Source: a virus
Strand: one strand, 5' to 3'
DNA: 64,000 bases
Virus record (IMG/VR): IMGVR_UViG_3300035670_000162
Coordinates: 6,428 to 70,427 of that record
Shown here: in pieces, positions 39,442 to 49,498 of the stretch
Numbering within the stretch: position 1 is the first letter of the stretch
How the letters are laid out: each line of letters starts with the position of its first letter
Made by a program: the position numbers and the translations under genes
Notes under the pieces: model-generated
The model's database searches: none
Told to the model about the DNA's origin: nothing
What the model saw: the letters and a program-made list of their open reading frames with translations, nothing else

Positions 39442-39960
39442 ATGGCTACTGTATGTTTTGATATTGATGGTGTTATCGCGGATATCGCAGCTGGCATCAA
39501 TGTCGCTTTGGACCGGCTTGGCATTGAAAATTATGACTATGCTCATTGGCTTGTTGGTGGTTTTGAGGATGAGTTGGCTTCTGATGTTTTTGGTGATGTT
39601 TTGTTTTGGAAGAATTTGAAGCCTTTTGTTTCTTCTTGGTATGTTGTGAATTCTTTGTGGGGTCGCGGGTTTGATGTTGTTTTTGTGACTGCTCGTAGTT
39701 CTGATGCTTCTCGCGGTTGTGTGCATGACTGGCTGGATGATTGGAAGTTTCAGTATTCTGATGTTGTTTTTGCTGATGTTGGTTCTAAGATTGATGTTTT
39801 GCGTGATTGTGGTGGGTTGTTTTTAGTTGAGGATAATCCTTATGAGGTTCGTTCTGTTGTTGATGGTGGTGGTAAGGCTTTTCTGAGGCGTGCTTGGTAT
39901 AATTCCCAGTTTTGGGATGATTTTGATTCTGTTGGATCTTTGTTTGATTTGGAGGTTTGA
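39442..39960 (+). CDS. HAD-family 5'(3')-deoxyribonucleotidase-like protein
   Basis: FDIDGVIAD, VTAR, K, VEDNP, AWYN. Confidence 0.82.
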   Translation: MATVCFDIDGVIADIAAGINVALDRLGIENYDYAHWLVGGFEDELASDVFGDVLFWKNLKPFVSSWYVVNSLWGRGFDVVFVTARSSDASRGCVHDWLDDWKFQYSDVVFADVGSKIDVLRDCGGLFLVEDNPYEVRSVVDGGGKAFLRRAWYNSQFWDDFDSVGSLFDLEV

Positions 39961-39961
39961 T

Positions 39962-40111
39962 ATGTCTGGTAGGTCTAGAATTTTTTCTGTTGCCGAGACT
40001 TTGGTTGTTGCTGGTATACCTGTTGTTTGTACTTTTTTGTATAGTTGGAAGCTTGGTATTGTTTGGTTTGTTTTTACTGCGTTGTCTGGTTCGGGTCGTT
40101 CTGTTAAGTAG
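39962..40111 (+). CDS. Small membrane protein
   Basis: SD GGAGG; hydrophobic 49-aa ORF. Confidence 0.5.
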   Translation: MSGRSRIFSVAETLVVAGIPVVCTFLYSWKLGIVWFVFTALSGSGRSVK

Positions 40112-40116
40112 GTTTT

Positions 40117-40722
40117 GTGACTGTTTATGCTTTTGGTGACAGGACGAGTAATGCTGATCTTGTTGTTGATTTAGCTGAGATTGGTTATTTTCCTGGTTCT
40201 GTTTTGGATGTGACGTATGGTTTGGGTCGTTGGTGGTCTAAGTTTTGTCCGGAGGTGTTTGTTGGTTGTGATTTGGTTGTGGAGAAGTCGCCGTTAGGGG
40301 TTTCGGTGGATTTCACAGATTTGCCTTTTGGTGATTGTTCTTTTGATACGGTGGTTTTTGATCCTCCTTATAAGTTGAATGGTCGTTCTGGCGAGTTTGC
40401 TGGTGATGATTCTTATGGGGTGGGTGGCTCTTATGTTTCTGCTGCTGATCGTCTTGAGTTGATTTATGCTGGTGTTGATGAGTGTTGTCGTGTTGCTTCG
40501 AAGTTTGTTGTTTTGAAGTGTCAGGATCAGGTTACGTCTGGTCGGATGGTGTGGCAGACTCGTCTTTTTTCTGATCGTGCTGAGCTTTTTCCGGGGGTTC
40601 GTTTGGTAGATTCTTTGATGGTTCGTGGGTTTAGGAAGCAGCCGGGTAATAAGCGGCAGCTTCATGCTCATCGTGATTATTCTACTGCTTTAGTGTTTAG
40701 GAAGGGTTCTGGCCGTGGTTGA
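40117..40722 (+). CDS. SAM-dependent amino-methyltransferase (DNA m6A/m4C type)
   Basis: VLDVTYGLG, DFTDLPF, VFDPPY. Confidence 0.78.
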   Translation: MTVYAFGDRTSNADLVVDLAEIGYFPGSVLDVTYGLGRWWSKFCPEVFVGCDLVVEKSPLGVSVDFTDLPFGDCSFDTVVFDPPYKLNGRSGEFAGDDSYGVGGSYVSAADRLELIYAGVDECCRVASKFVVLKCQDQVTSGRMVWQTRLFSDRAELFPGVRLVDSLMVRGFRKQPGNKRQLHAHRDYSTALVFRKGSGRG

Positions 40723-43700
40723 TTTTGTTCATTTGCATTGTCATAGTGAGTATTCTTTGTTGGATGGGATGTCTACTCCTTTGGATATTGCTAGGGTTGC
40801 GTCTTCTAATGGCCAGTTTGCTGCGGCTATTACTGATCATGGGACGATGGGTGGTGTTCTGAAGTTTCAGGATGCTTGTGATTCTTTTGGTGTGCGTCCT
40901 TTGTTTGGTATTGAGGCTTATTTTGTTCCTTCTGTTGCTCGCGATTCTGATTCAAAGCAGGAACGTTTTCATTTGATTCTTCTCGCTAAGAACGATGAGG
41001 GCTTAAGAAAGTTGTTTAAGGCCAATAGTGTTGGTTGGGGTGACAATTTTTATTACAAGCCTCGTTTGGATTTTGATTTGTTGGAGGATTTAGTTGATGG
41101 TGATGTTGTTGCTTTGTCTGGGTGTATGGGTGGCGCTATTTCTAAGGCGATTGAGCGTGGTGATTTAACTGAAGCGGAGCGGTTGTCTGAGCGCTTTATC
41201 AGTATTTTTGGTGATGATTTTTATTATGAGGTTCAGGCTTGGAATCCTGTGTCTTTGAATAAGTCTTTGATTGATCTTGCTTCTTCTTTTGGGAAGAAAG
41301 TTGTTGCTACTGCTGATTGTCATTTCCCTACTGCTCATGATGCTCATGATGAAGAAGTTTTGCTGATGATTTCTCAGTATCCTTCTTTGAATACGGCGCA
41401 GGTTCGTAATGCTAAGGAGAAGTTGTCTGGTGGTGGTAATGTTACTGAGATGATTAATAGGATGTATCCGGATCGTTTTTTGCGGTTTGATGAGATTAAT
41501 CCTTATGTTGCCGATGCTTCTGAAGTGATGTCGTGGTTTGCGGATAAAGGTTTTCATGACGTTTCTTATTTTGAAAATACTGTTGAGGTTGCGGATAAGT
41601 GTTCTGCTAGGTTGAAGAAGAAAAATAATCTTTTGCCGAAGTATATTAAGGCTTTGGATTCCGATCAGTATTTGATGGATTTGTGTTTGAATGCTATTGA
41701 AGACAAGGGGTTGTCTGGTCAGGTTTATTTGGACCGTCTGGGTGAAGAGATTTCTATTATTTCTTCATTGGGGTTTGCCGACTATTTCTTGATGGTTTGG
41801 GATTTGGTTAAGTGGGCTGATATGAACAATATTGGTCGTGGTCCTGGCCGTGGTTCTGTTGGTGGTTCTCTTATTGCTTTCTTGTTGGATATTTCTAAGG
41901 TTGATCCGATTAAGTATGGGTTGCTTTTTTCTCGTTTTTTGAATCCTGACCGCAATGATTATCCTGATATCGATTTGGATTTTGAGGATAAGCGGCGTGA
42001 GTTGGTGAAGCAGTATTTGTCTGATCGTTGGGGGTCTGATAATGTTGCTGCTATTGCAACTTATGGTGTTTTTAAGCCTAAATCTGTTATTAAAGATGTC
42101 GCCCGTGTGTTTCAGGTTCCTTTTGATGAAACGAATAGTGTGACACCATTTTTTGAGACTCTTGATGAGTTGCAGTCTACTGATAAAGGTAAGGTGTTTA
42201 TTAAGAAGTATCCGGATGTTCTGCCTGTTGCCAAGAAGCTTGAGGGCCGTATCCGAAATACTGGTGTTCATGCTGCCGGTATGGTTGTTTCTTCTGTTCC
42301 TTTGACTGAAATTTGTCCTGTTGAGAGTCGCAAGAATGCTTCCGGTGATGGTCGTTCTCCTGTTACATCTTTTGATATGGAGGACGCTGAGTCGATTGGT
42401 TTGATCAAAGTTGATATTCTTGGGTTGAAGACTGTTTCTGTTATCAAGGACTGCATTGAAAAGATCCGTGAGATTCATGGTGTCGATGTCACAGAGAAGT
42501 CTTTAGCACTTGACGATGTTGCCGTTTTCCAGAATTTTAATGATGGCAATACTGTCGGTGTATTTCAGGCTGATGCTGCTGCTTATCGCAATTTGATTGA
42601 TCGAATGGGTATCGACAATTTTAACGATTTGGTAGTGTCCAACGCCTTGGTCCGGCCTGGTGCGCTTCTTTCTCAGGGTCAGGCTTATATTGATTGTAAA
42701 AAGGGAGTTGCTTCCCCGAAGTATCCTCATGAAGTCGTAAAAGATATTTTGTCTGACACTTATGGCACAGTTATCTTTCAGGAACAGCTTATGCAAATGG
42801 CTGTTGTTCTTGCCGATTTCTCTTGGTCTGAGGCTGATAAGCTTCGTAAGATTATTGGTAAGAAACGTGATGCTGCAGGTTTTGATGAATATAGAGAAAA
42901 GTTTTGTAGCAATACTTATTTGACTCGCAAGCAGTCTGAGAAGATTTGGGCTGATTTTGAGCTTGCTGCTTTGTATATGTTTAACAAGTCGCACGCTGTC
43001 GCCTATTCGATGCTCTCATATCAGACGATGTGGTTGAAGATTAATTATCCTCGTGAGTTTATTTGGTCGATGCTTTCAAATGAAAGTGAGAAGAGTAAAA
43101 TTACGGCTTACTTGATGGAGGCTGAACGTCTTGGGATTACTGTTTTGCCTCCTGATGTAAATGCTTCTGACGAATCCTTTTCTATTGATGAGAATGGTAT
43201 TCGTTTTGGTTTGAAGAACATTCTTGGATGTGGCAAGAACGCCATTGCTGAGATTTTTAAACATCGTCCTTATTCTTCTTATGATGAGTTTGTCAATAAA
43301 TGTAGTAAAACATCAGTTAAAGCTCCTTTGAAAGAAAACATGGAGAAGGTGGGGTGTTTTCAAAATATTGGTTATATTTCTTCTTATGATTTTGAGAAAT
43401 ATTATTTACCAATTCTTGGTTTTGCTTTCAACATGTCATCTTCAAATAACGAGATGGATGAGTTTGTTGAACCTATTGACGGGTTCCATGAGATTTATTC
43501 TGATCTGAGAATGGTGAAAGCTGTTATTAGGTCAACTAAGAAGACCCCGAAATATTTGCGTGTGGAGATGGAGGACCAGACAGCGTCTGTCAGCGTTTTC
43601 TGTGATAGAAATGCTGAGATCGCAAACAGGGATTTTTTGTACTGTCTTATCGGTGACAGAACTTTACATATGTTCTGTGATGCTTACGATTATGTTGGTT

Positions 43701-44089
43701 CTGATCTATATAATCTGACTAAGATCAAAAGTCTTAACAAGAATCATGAGTATTCATGGTTGTATGATACTGGGCTTGGTGATGCGTTTTCTGATCGTAG
43801 CCTTTTGTATATCTTTAGTACAAGAACTTTTGTTACTGCTAAAGGTAAAGATATGGCTAATGTGTATGCATGGGATGGAGAGCGTACTTTGAAAATTGTT
43901 GTATTCCCATCTATGTATGCAAAAATGCGACATTTGATTGGTGGGACCGGGTGGTTTGCAGCTAAGCTGAATGACGTTAAAGATTTGGAAGTAGCGGCTA
44001 GGCTTGATTCTTACACTTTTGCAAATGAAAATTCACTGATCACAATTGAAGATTACATTAATAGAAAAAACTTGAAAGCGCCAGAGTGA
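40715..44089 (+). CDS. dnaE: DNA polymerase III alpha subunit (family C)
   Basis: HLHCHSEYSLLDG PHP domain, GRGS, PDIDLDF, HAAG, FNKSHAVAY; no intein seen. Confidence 0.95.
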   Translation: MVDFVHLHCHSEYSLLDGMSTPLDIARVASSNGQFAAAITDHGTMGGVLKFQDACDSFGVRPLFGIEAYFVPSVARDSDSKQERFHLILLAKNDEGLRKLFKANSVGWGDNFYYKPRLDFDLLEDLVDGDVVALSGCMGGAISKAIERGDLTEAERLSERFISIFGDDFYYEVQAWNPVSLNKSLIDLASSFGKKVVATADCHFPTAHDAHDEEVLLMISQYPSLNTAQVRNAKEKLSGGGNVTEMINRMYPDRFLRFDEINPYVADASEVMSWFADKGFHDVSYFENTVEVADKCSARLKKKNNLLPKYIKALDSDQYLMDLCLNAIEDKGLSGQVYLDRLGEEISIISSLGFADYFLMVWDLVKWADMNNIGRGPGRGSVGGSLIAFLLDISKVDPIKYGLLFSRFLNPDRNDYPDIDLDFEDKRRELVKQYLSDRWGSDNVAAIATYGVFKPKSVIKDVARVFQVPFDETNSVTPFFETLDELQSTDKGKVFIKKYPDVLPVAKKLEGRIRNTGVHAAGMVVSSVPLTEICPVESRKNASGDGRSPVTSFDMEDAESIGLIKVDILGLKTVSVIKDCIEKIREIHGVDVTEKSLALDDVAVFQNFNDGNTVGVFQADAAAYRNLIDRMGIDNFNDLVVSNALVRPGALLSQGQAYIDCKKGVASPKYPHEVVKDILSDTYGTVIFQEQLMQMAVVLADFSWSEADKLRKIIGKKRDAAGFDEYREKFCSNTYLTRKQSEKIWADFELAALYMFNKSHAVAYSMLSYQTMWLKINYPREFIWSMLSNESEKSKITAYLMEAERLGITVLPPDVNASDESFSIDENGIRFGLKNILGCGKNAIAEIFKHRPYSSYDEFVNKCSKTSVKAPLKENMEKVGCFQNIGYISSYDFEKYYLPILGFAFNMSSSNNEMDEFVEPIDGFHEIYSDLRMVKAVIRSTKKTPKYLRVEMEDQTASVSVFCDRNAEIANRDFLYCLIGDRTLHMFCDAYDYVGSDLYNLTKIKSLNKNHEYSWLYDTGLGDAFSDRSLLYIFSTRTFVTAKGKDMANVYAWDGERTLKIVVFPSMYAKMRHLIGGTGWFAAKLNDVKDLEVAARLDSYTFANENSLITIEDYINRKNLKAPE

Positions 44090-44778
44090 TGACTTTTATT
44101 ATTAGTAATAAGTTTGGAAGTATAGAGTATTTTGATAATGACGAAGAGATGTTAAAACAGAAGCAAGATAATTTATTTTTTGAGCAAAATTTCGTGCTAG
44201 ATAATTTAAGTGATTTTATAAAAGCGTCCTCTGTAGTTCTAGATGTGGGTGCTCATTGTGGCTCACACACGATTCTTTATAAGCGAATAAATCCAAATTG
44301 TAAGATTTATGCTTTTGAGCCTCAAGCTGCTATGTATAGTTTGCTTGTAAAAAATGTGAAGTCTAATAATCTTGAAGATGTCCATTGTTATAATAATGCA
44401 GTTGGTCATTTTGTTGGTGACGCTGAGATGAATAAGTTTTCAGAAGATGGCTCTAACGCTTTTAAAAATGCTTATTATGATGATGAAAATATTTTCAATC
44501 TAGCCGGGATCTCTATTGGATCTGGTGGTGAGCGTGTCAAGATGATTACGATTGATAGTTTGAAAATGTCTTGTGATTTTATAAAGATTGATGTTGAAGG
44601 TTATGAGCCTTATGTTGTTAGTGGCGCTTTTGAAACAATAAAAAAGTGTCGTCCGGTTATTTGTTATGAAAATAATCACAAGTCTTGCGACGCTGAGTGG
44701 ACTGTTTCTGATATGCTTCATGACATCGGTTATTCAATAGAGAATTCCGATGGCGAAAATTGGATAGCGATCCCCTAA
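44086..44778 (+). CDS. FkbM-family methyltransferase
   Basis: LDVGAHCG, YAFEP, IKIDVEGYE. Confidence 0.88.
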   Translation: MMTFIISNKFGSIEYFDNDEEMLKQKQDNLFFEQNFVLDNLSDFIKASSVVLDVGAHCGSHTILYKRINPNCKIYAFEPQAAMYSLLVKNVKSNNLEDVHCYNNAVGHFVGDAEMNKFSEDGSNAFKNAYYDDENIFNLAGISIGSGGERVKMITIDSLKMSCDFIKIDVEGYEPYVVSGAFETIKKCRPVICYENNHKSCDAEWTVSDMLHDIGYSIENSDGENWIAIP

Positions 44779-44795
44779 TAGATTAAGGAGTTTTA

Positions 44796-45737
44796 ATGTT
44801 ATTTGTTGATAAGCGTAAAGGCGATACCGTCCCTATTCATGAGGTTATTCCAACACCTAGCCTTGGTCTAAACCTTGCGCTAGGTGGAGGTTTATATACT
44901 GGCGCAACACATTTATTTTGGGGTACACCATCGGTTGGTAAGACAACTATGTGCTTCAGAATTCTCGCTCAGGCCCAGAAAATGGGGTATCGACCTGTCA
45001 TCGTTGATTCTGAATATTCTTATTCTGAGCAGTACGCTGAAAAGTGCGGCATTGATATTAATGATGTGGTGCTTGTGCAGTCTACTGTGGTTGAAGATAT
45101 TCTAAGACATTTGACTGGCTACCTAAACCATCCAGATGAAAAGCATATTTTCTTATTTGATAGTCTTTCAAATATTATCAAAGAAGAGTTTTATGATAAG
45201 CCAGACGGTGGCAAAGCTATGGGTTTACAAGCTAGATCTCAAGGCTACTTTCTCCAAAAGCTAGTAAATCATCTTCATAAAGAACGAAATATCATGCTTT
45301 TTATCGCCCATCAAACGATTGATCTAAGTGGAATGTATGCTGTGACTAAAGCTAAGATGGGCAACACAGTCCATCACAATATGCATAATATTGTGAAACT
45401 CTTTCTGTCTATGTCTCAGAAAGAGATGGATAGAGAAGATCGTACCAACAAGATTACCAGCCAGAGGGCGTCTTGGACTATAGAGAAGACTAAACAGCTT
45501 CCTACAATTGGAACACAGGGCTACTATTACGTTCTTCCTCAAGAGGGGCGTATTGATCAAAGGCGTGAGCTGATAGAAATTGCAATTGAAAATGATATTA
45601 TTCAAAGAAGAGGAGCTTGGTACTCATATAAAGAAAATAAATGGAATGGTATGAATTCGATTGATCTGTCCGATTCAGATATTATGAATATTCAAAATGA
45701 AATTATGAATGGAGGAACTGAAAATGAAGAGGGATGA
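44796..45737 (+). CDS. recA: RecA-like recombinase
   Basis: IPTPSLGLNLALGGG, GTPSVGKTT, FDS, GAWYSY. Confidence 0.9.
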   Translation: MLFVDKRKGDTVPIHEVIPTPSLGLNLALGGGLYTGATHLFWGTPSVGKTTMCFRILAQAQKMGYRPVIVDSEYSYSEQYAEKCGIDINDVVLVQSTVVEDILRHLTGYLNHPDEKHIFLFDSLSNIIKEEFYDKPDGGKAMGLQARSQGYFLQKLVNHLHKERNIMLFIAHQTIDLSGMYAVTKAKMGNTVHHNMHNIVKLFLSMSQKEMDREDRTNKITSQRASWTIEKTKQLPTIGTQGYYYVLPQEGRIDQRRELIEIAIENDIIQRRGAWYSYKENKWNGMNSIDLSDSDIMNIQNEIMNGGTENEEG

Positions 45738-46023
45738 GGCTAGAGAGGCTAAGATCGATAACGCTAAGCCGGTCAAGAATTCTGGACGAGGATTCCAGAA
45801 GGGTGATGCAACCTTTCATAGATTTCTTCTTGATTATAAGCATAATAGCTCTAGTTTTAGCTTGACAAGAGCTGCGTGGCTAAAGCATCGTAAGGATGCC
45901 TGGAGAAGCCAATACAGATATCCTTGTATTTCTGTTGTTTTAGGGGAGGATTCTGATGTAAAAGTTGCTATAATTGACTGGCAAGTGTTTAAAGATTTAA
46001 TTGACGGATCTGATTATGAGTGA
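45724..46023 (+). CDS. PD-(D/E)XK Holliday-junction-resolvase-like nuclease
   Basis: E...KNSGRG..KGDA...DYK. Confidence 0.65.
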   Translation: MKRDEAREAKIDNAKPVKNSGRGFQKGDATFHRFLLDYKHNSSSFSLTRAAWLKHRKDAWRSQYRYPCISVVLGEDSDVKVAIIDWQVFKDLIDGSDYE

Positions 46024-46195
46024 AGACGATATTGATGAGCTTACTTTGTATAGAACTGCTTTCTACTATTCAGCAGGGCTAATTTCAACTTTCGAGTGGT
46101 ACGAAGATATTGATCCAATAGATTTGTGTGAGTCTTTACTTCAGAGATCTAAAGATATAATTTTAGAGAAAAATCGTGAGAAAGAAAAAGATTGA
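46016..46195 (+). CDS. Hypothetical protein
   Basis: Overlapping operon-style ORF. Confidence 0.55.
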   Translation: MSEDDIDELTLYRTAFYYSAGLISTFEWYEDIDPIDLCESLLQRSKDIILEKNREKEKD

Positions 46196-46436
46196 AAATC
46201 ATGGCATTTTTGGATGGATTGCAACAACTTTAGTAGTTGTGATTTTTGATTACTGGGCAATTAAGACTGGAAGGCAAACTATGTCAAAAGCCTTCAAAAG
46301 CGGCCTCTTTAGAAAGCACACGTCGCTGTTTGTTGCTGGTGGGTGGGTTATCTTGACATGGCATTTAATTCATCCTCCAAAGCTAAAGCATACTGATTTG
46401 TTTTCAATAATTTTAGATAGGAATTCTAATGGCTAA
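46176..46436 (+). CDS. Small membrane protein
   Basis: Two hydrophobic segments, W..LTWHL. Confidence 0.6.
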   Translation: MRKKKIENHGIFGWIATTLVVVIFDYWAIKTGRQTMSKAFKSGLFRKHTSLFVAGGWVILTWHLIHPPKLKHTDLFSIILDRNSNG

Positions 46437-46749
46437 TTTTTTTGTTGATTATGATACTATAAGTCATATGATGGGAGATAAGGGTGGTGAGTTTTTAGAG
46501 TGTATGCGTATTGTTGAGGATATTATTAATAATCCTCAAGATTATGTAGGAGGTCAGGCTCTAAAGTATGCTAATCAGCTTGCTGCATTTAGGACTGCGA
46601 TGATTATTAAATCTCAAGTTTATAAGAGGAAATCCCAAGTAATGTCTGAGGAAGACAAGTTTACCAATGATATTTGGAAAACAATGTATGAGGCTTTGAG
46701 TGAAAATATCAATGTTTTAAAAATTGCTGCAAAAGGAGTTTCGTCTTGA
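46429..46749 (+). CDS. Hypothetical helical protein
   Basis: 106-aa ORF overlapping neighbours. Confidence 0.65.
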   Translation: MANFFVDYDTISHMMGDKGGEFLECMRIVEDIINNPQDYVGGQALKYANQLAAFRTAMIIKSQVYKRKSQVMSEEDKFTNDIWKTMYEALSENINVLKIAAKGVSS

Positions 46750-47510
46750 AATCAATTTCTGCTCTTAAAGGTGCGGCAAAAGACAAAAAAGCTGTTGTTG
46801 AGTCTGTGCTTTTGTCGGGTCGTGATCTGGAGAGTATGTTATGCGAAAGTATTGATATCTCTCTTACCAAGAGAAATGAACCTGTTTATAAAAAGGTTGA
46901 TTTCTTTAGGCCTAGTTCAACAAATCAGTGTGCCAGGTATTGGTATTACATGTTTGATGGCATAACTTATACACCGTCATTCTCACCTCAGACGTACCGA
47001 ATTTTTGATAACGGTCACGCCGTTCACGATCGTCTGTATTCCTATTTCAAGGATATGGGAATCCTGGTCGCTGAGGAGATTCCGTTATCTAATGATGACC
47101 CACCCATCAAGGGAACCGCTGATGGAATTATTGATCTTGGTGGCCACAAACTTATCGAACTTAAGTCTATTTCTGCTGAAGGGTTTCAGTATAGAGAGTT
47201 GTATCACAAGCCATCTGATGATCATGTTAGACAGGCTAACATTTACATGCATTGTCTTAATTTAGATAGTGGTTTTGTTATTTATGAAAATAAAAACAAT
47301 CAAAAAATATTACCTATCTACATAGAGCGAGATGATGCATTTCTTGAGAAGCTTTTTAAGAAGTATAGAAAATTTCATAAAAATTATATTGACGGCATTA
47401 TGCCGGAACGACCTTATAAAAGGAGTTCAAAGCATTGTGCTAATTGCGATTTAGCAACGCAATGCTGGTCGGAGGCTCCTGTTGGAGAGAAAGAATACGA
47501 GTCATTTTGA
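46746..47510 (+). CDS. Cas4-like PD-(D/E)XK exonuclease
   Basis: PS...C.R, G..VH, GTADG..ELKS, Q..IY, C-terminal CANC....C. Confidence 0.85.
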   Translation: MKSISALKGAAKDKKAVVESVLLSGRDLESMLCESIDISLTKRNEPVYKKVDFFRPSSTNQCARYWYYMFDGITYTPSFSPQTYRIFDNGHAVHDRLYSYFKDMGILVAEEIPLSNDDPPIKGTADGIIDLGGHKLIELKSISAEGFQYRELYHKPSDDHVRQANIYMHCLNLDSGFVIYENKNNQKILPIYIERDDAFLEKLFKKYRKFHKNYIDGIMPERPYKRSSKHCANCDLATQCWSEAPVGEKEYESF

Positions 47511-47808
47511 TGAAGCTGTTTGTAAAAATCCGTTATGCAATAAATCTTTTTTACCTAAAACTTACAACGCCATATATTGCGGACCGGAATGTCGAAGATT
47601 AGTAACCAATAAAAAATTATTAGATAAATATTATTTTAATAAAGAAAAGAAAACAAAAAAAAGAAGATGTATTACTGAAAATTGCGATACAATTCTTTCA
47701 ATGTACAACTCTGAAGAGATATGTGAGAAATGTAAAACAGAGCGTTTCATAATGAGGCTTGTCTCTTGGGGTTGGAATGAGGACAAGCTAAGAGATGAGT
47801 ATAGGTAA
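47482..47808 (+). CDS. Cys-rich zinc-binding protein
   Basis: C....C...F......YC...C and C....C...LSMYN...C..C. Confidence 0.65.
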   Translation: MERKNTSHFDEAVCKNPLCNKSFLPKTYNAIYCGPECRRLVTNKKLLDKYYFNKEKKTKKRRCITENCDTILSMYNSEEICEKCKTERFIMRLVSWGWNEDKLRDEYR

Positions 47809-48382
47809 GATCGTCGGATCTTTTAAAAGCGTTCGGTTTATTTCTATAGACCCAGCCTCTCATTCTCTAGCGTGGGTTGTTTGTGATTCAGGACCTTCTG
47901 GCCTTTCTGTTGTTGATTATGGAAAGATTGATTTTAAAAACGAAAAAGAGATATCAAATAAATTTGCTATAATTAAAAAAAATTTGAAGACTATTTGTGA
48001 AAACTATAATCCTAAAGCTGCAGTCGTAGAGCAGTCTGTTTATATCCAAAATTTTCAGTCAAGCAGGATTATTTCTTACATAATTGGTTTCACATGGGGG
48101 ACGTTAGATGATCATTGTAATAGCGTGATAGATGTGAACCCCTTAGTTTGGAAAAGTGGTATTGGATATAAGAATGTGTCTAAAAACGATAAAGCATTAA
48201 TAATAAAACAACACGGAAATAAAAATATTCAAAAAAGACTTTCTAAAGAAAGAAAAGACCGTGTTAAAAATATTATTGAAAAATCAATAAATTTTAGTAC
48301 TGAAGATGAAGACATTAACGACTCAGTCGGTATAGCGTTATGGTATCATATTAATCATGGGTATGGAGCCGTACAAAGATAA
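47795..48382 (+). CDS. RuvC-like resolvase
   Basis: ISIDPAS, VVEQ, WKS.IG, DINDSVGI. Confidence 0.78.
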   Translation: MSIGKIVGSFKSVRFISIDPASHSLAWVVCDSGPSGLSVVDYGKIDFKNEKEISNKFAIIKKNLKTICENYNPKAAVVEQSVYIQNFQSSRIISYIIGFTWGTLDDHCNSVIDVNPLVWKSGIGYKNVSKNDKALIIKQHGNKNIQKRLSKERKDRVKNIIEKSINFSTEDEDINDSVGIALWYHINHGYGAVQR

Positions 48383-48653
48383 GCAATGGCTATATGATCA
48401 TTATGTTAAAAAAAGATTGAACCTAACAAAGATCTGCGAAATCTTAAAAAAGTCATACAATATTGATGTGACTCCTCAGGCAGTTTATAACTGGGTTAAG
48501 AAGTATGATCTTTTAAAGTATAGGGGTAAAGGTAGAAATCTTTCAACGACATCTATGAGGAGGCCTAAGTCGCCAATGCAGGAACGTGTTGAACAAAAGC
48601 GTCGTGAGATGAAGAAAATAAACTCATATAAAAAGAAAGGCATGGGACGTTGA
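48357..48653 (+). CDS. HTH DNA-binding protein
   Basis: YKDKQWLYDHYV...I...VTPQAVYNW.KKY. Confidence 0.7.
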   Translation: MGMEPYKDKQWLYDHYVKKRLNLTKICEILKKSYNIDVTPQAVYNWVKKYDLLKYRGKGRNLSTTSMRRPKSPMQERVEQKRREMKKINSYKKKGMGR

Positions 48654-49402
48654 GGCGTAAAGTAAATACTAAAGATATACAAACTTTTGCTCATCTAGAT
48701 ATGGTTTATAACCAAATTAGATCTTTAGAAGCAAAGCAGAATGAGACGGAATATAAGTGTCTTGGATCTGGTAAATGTTGCACAATTGGTCTAACTATCC
48801 CGATGATGGAATGTGCGAATATTGCTTTCAATATAACTCAACAATACTATCTTTACCTTGAAGATAAAGGAAAAACCTTCGCTGATGAATGGATTGAGGA
48901 TATTGTTTTTGGTCTGAAAGAGGCCATGTATGATGAAACATGGCAGATTGGTGGTGAGACTGAGCGTAAATGTACATTTTTTAAAAATGGTTGCACAATT
49001 TATCGTTTTCGCCCTATGGTTTGTAGAACTTTTGGAACAGTTACTGGTGTAGATGATTACTGCCCTAGAATTAGAAATCCATTTGGTCAAATCGACTACT
49101 ATTCAGGTGATGCTGTCAAAAAAATTATTCAATCTTTTCAAAATCTTCTTGAAGAGTATGCAATGAATAATGATGATGGATATGATATGGTTGTCTATAT
49201 GCCGACAGGTGTTCTTTCTTTTCTGTTAACAACTGACGAGCTTGTTGATCTCCAAAAAAATACTGATCCAAAGTTTTGGAGAGCTGTGAGCGGCTGGTTT
49301 AACTATAGAGTTCAATTCACTAAAGATCACGGCTACGATTGGGGCTATTTAAATGAAAAATCGGTATCTGTTAACAAGAAGCTTGTATTTAATAAAGAAT
49401 GA
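48650..49402 (+). CDS. YkgJ/FliB-like Fe-S or Zn cluster protein
   Basis: C.GSGKCC...CTFF..GCTIY..RPMVCRTFG. Confidence 0.75.
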   Translation: MRRKVNTKDIQTFAHLDMVYNQIRSLEAKQNETEYKCLGSGKCCTIGLTIPMMECANIAFNITQQYYLYLEDKGKTFADEWIEDIVFGLKEAMYDETWQIGGETERKCTFFKNGCTIYRFRPMVCRTFGTVTGVDDYCPRIRNPFGQIDYYSGDAVKKIIQSFQNLLEEYAMNNDDGYDMVVYMPTGVLSFLLTTDELVDLQKNTDPKFWRAVSGWFNYRVQFTKDHGYDWGYLNEKSVSVNKKLVFNKE

Positions 49403-49498
49403 TAGAAAAACTCACTAATCCGTGAAAACGGATAGATTTCGTGATACGATTCTCCCTGTTGCTTCGATTCCTTCTATTTTTAAAGGGGGTGTTCCGAT

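Noticed and set aside
39391-42994. Long minus-strand ORFs opposite the HAD, methyltransferase and dnaE genes
   Set aside because: By-product of A-depletion on the + strand (few TTA/CTA/TCA); products are I/T/N/K low-complexity with no motifs
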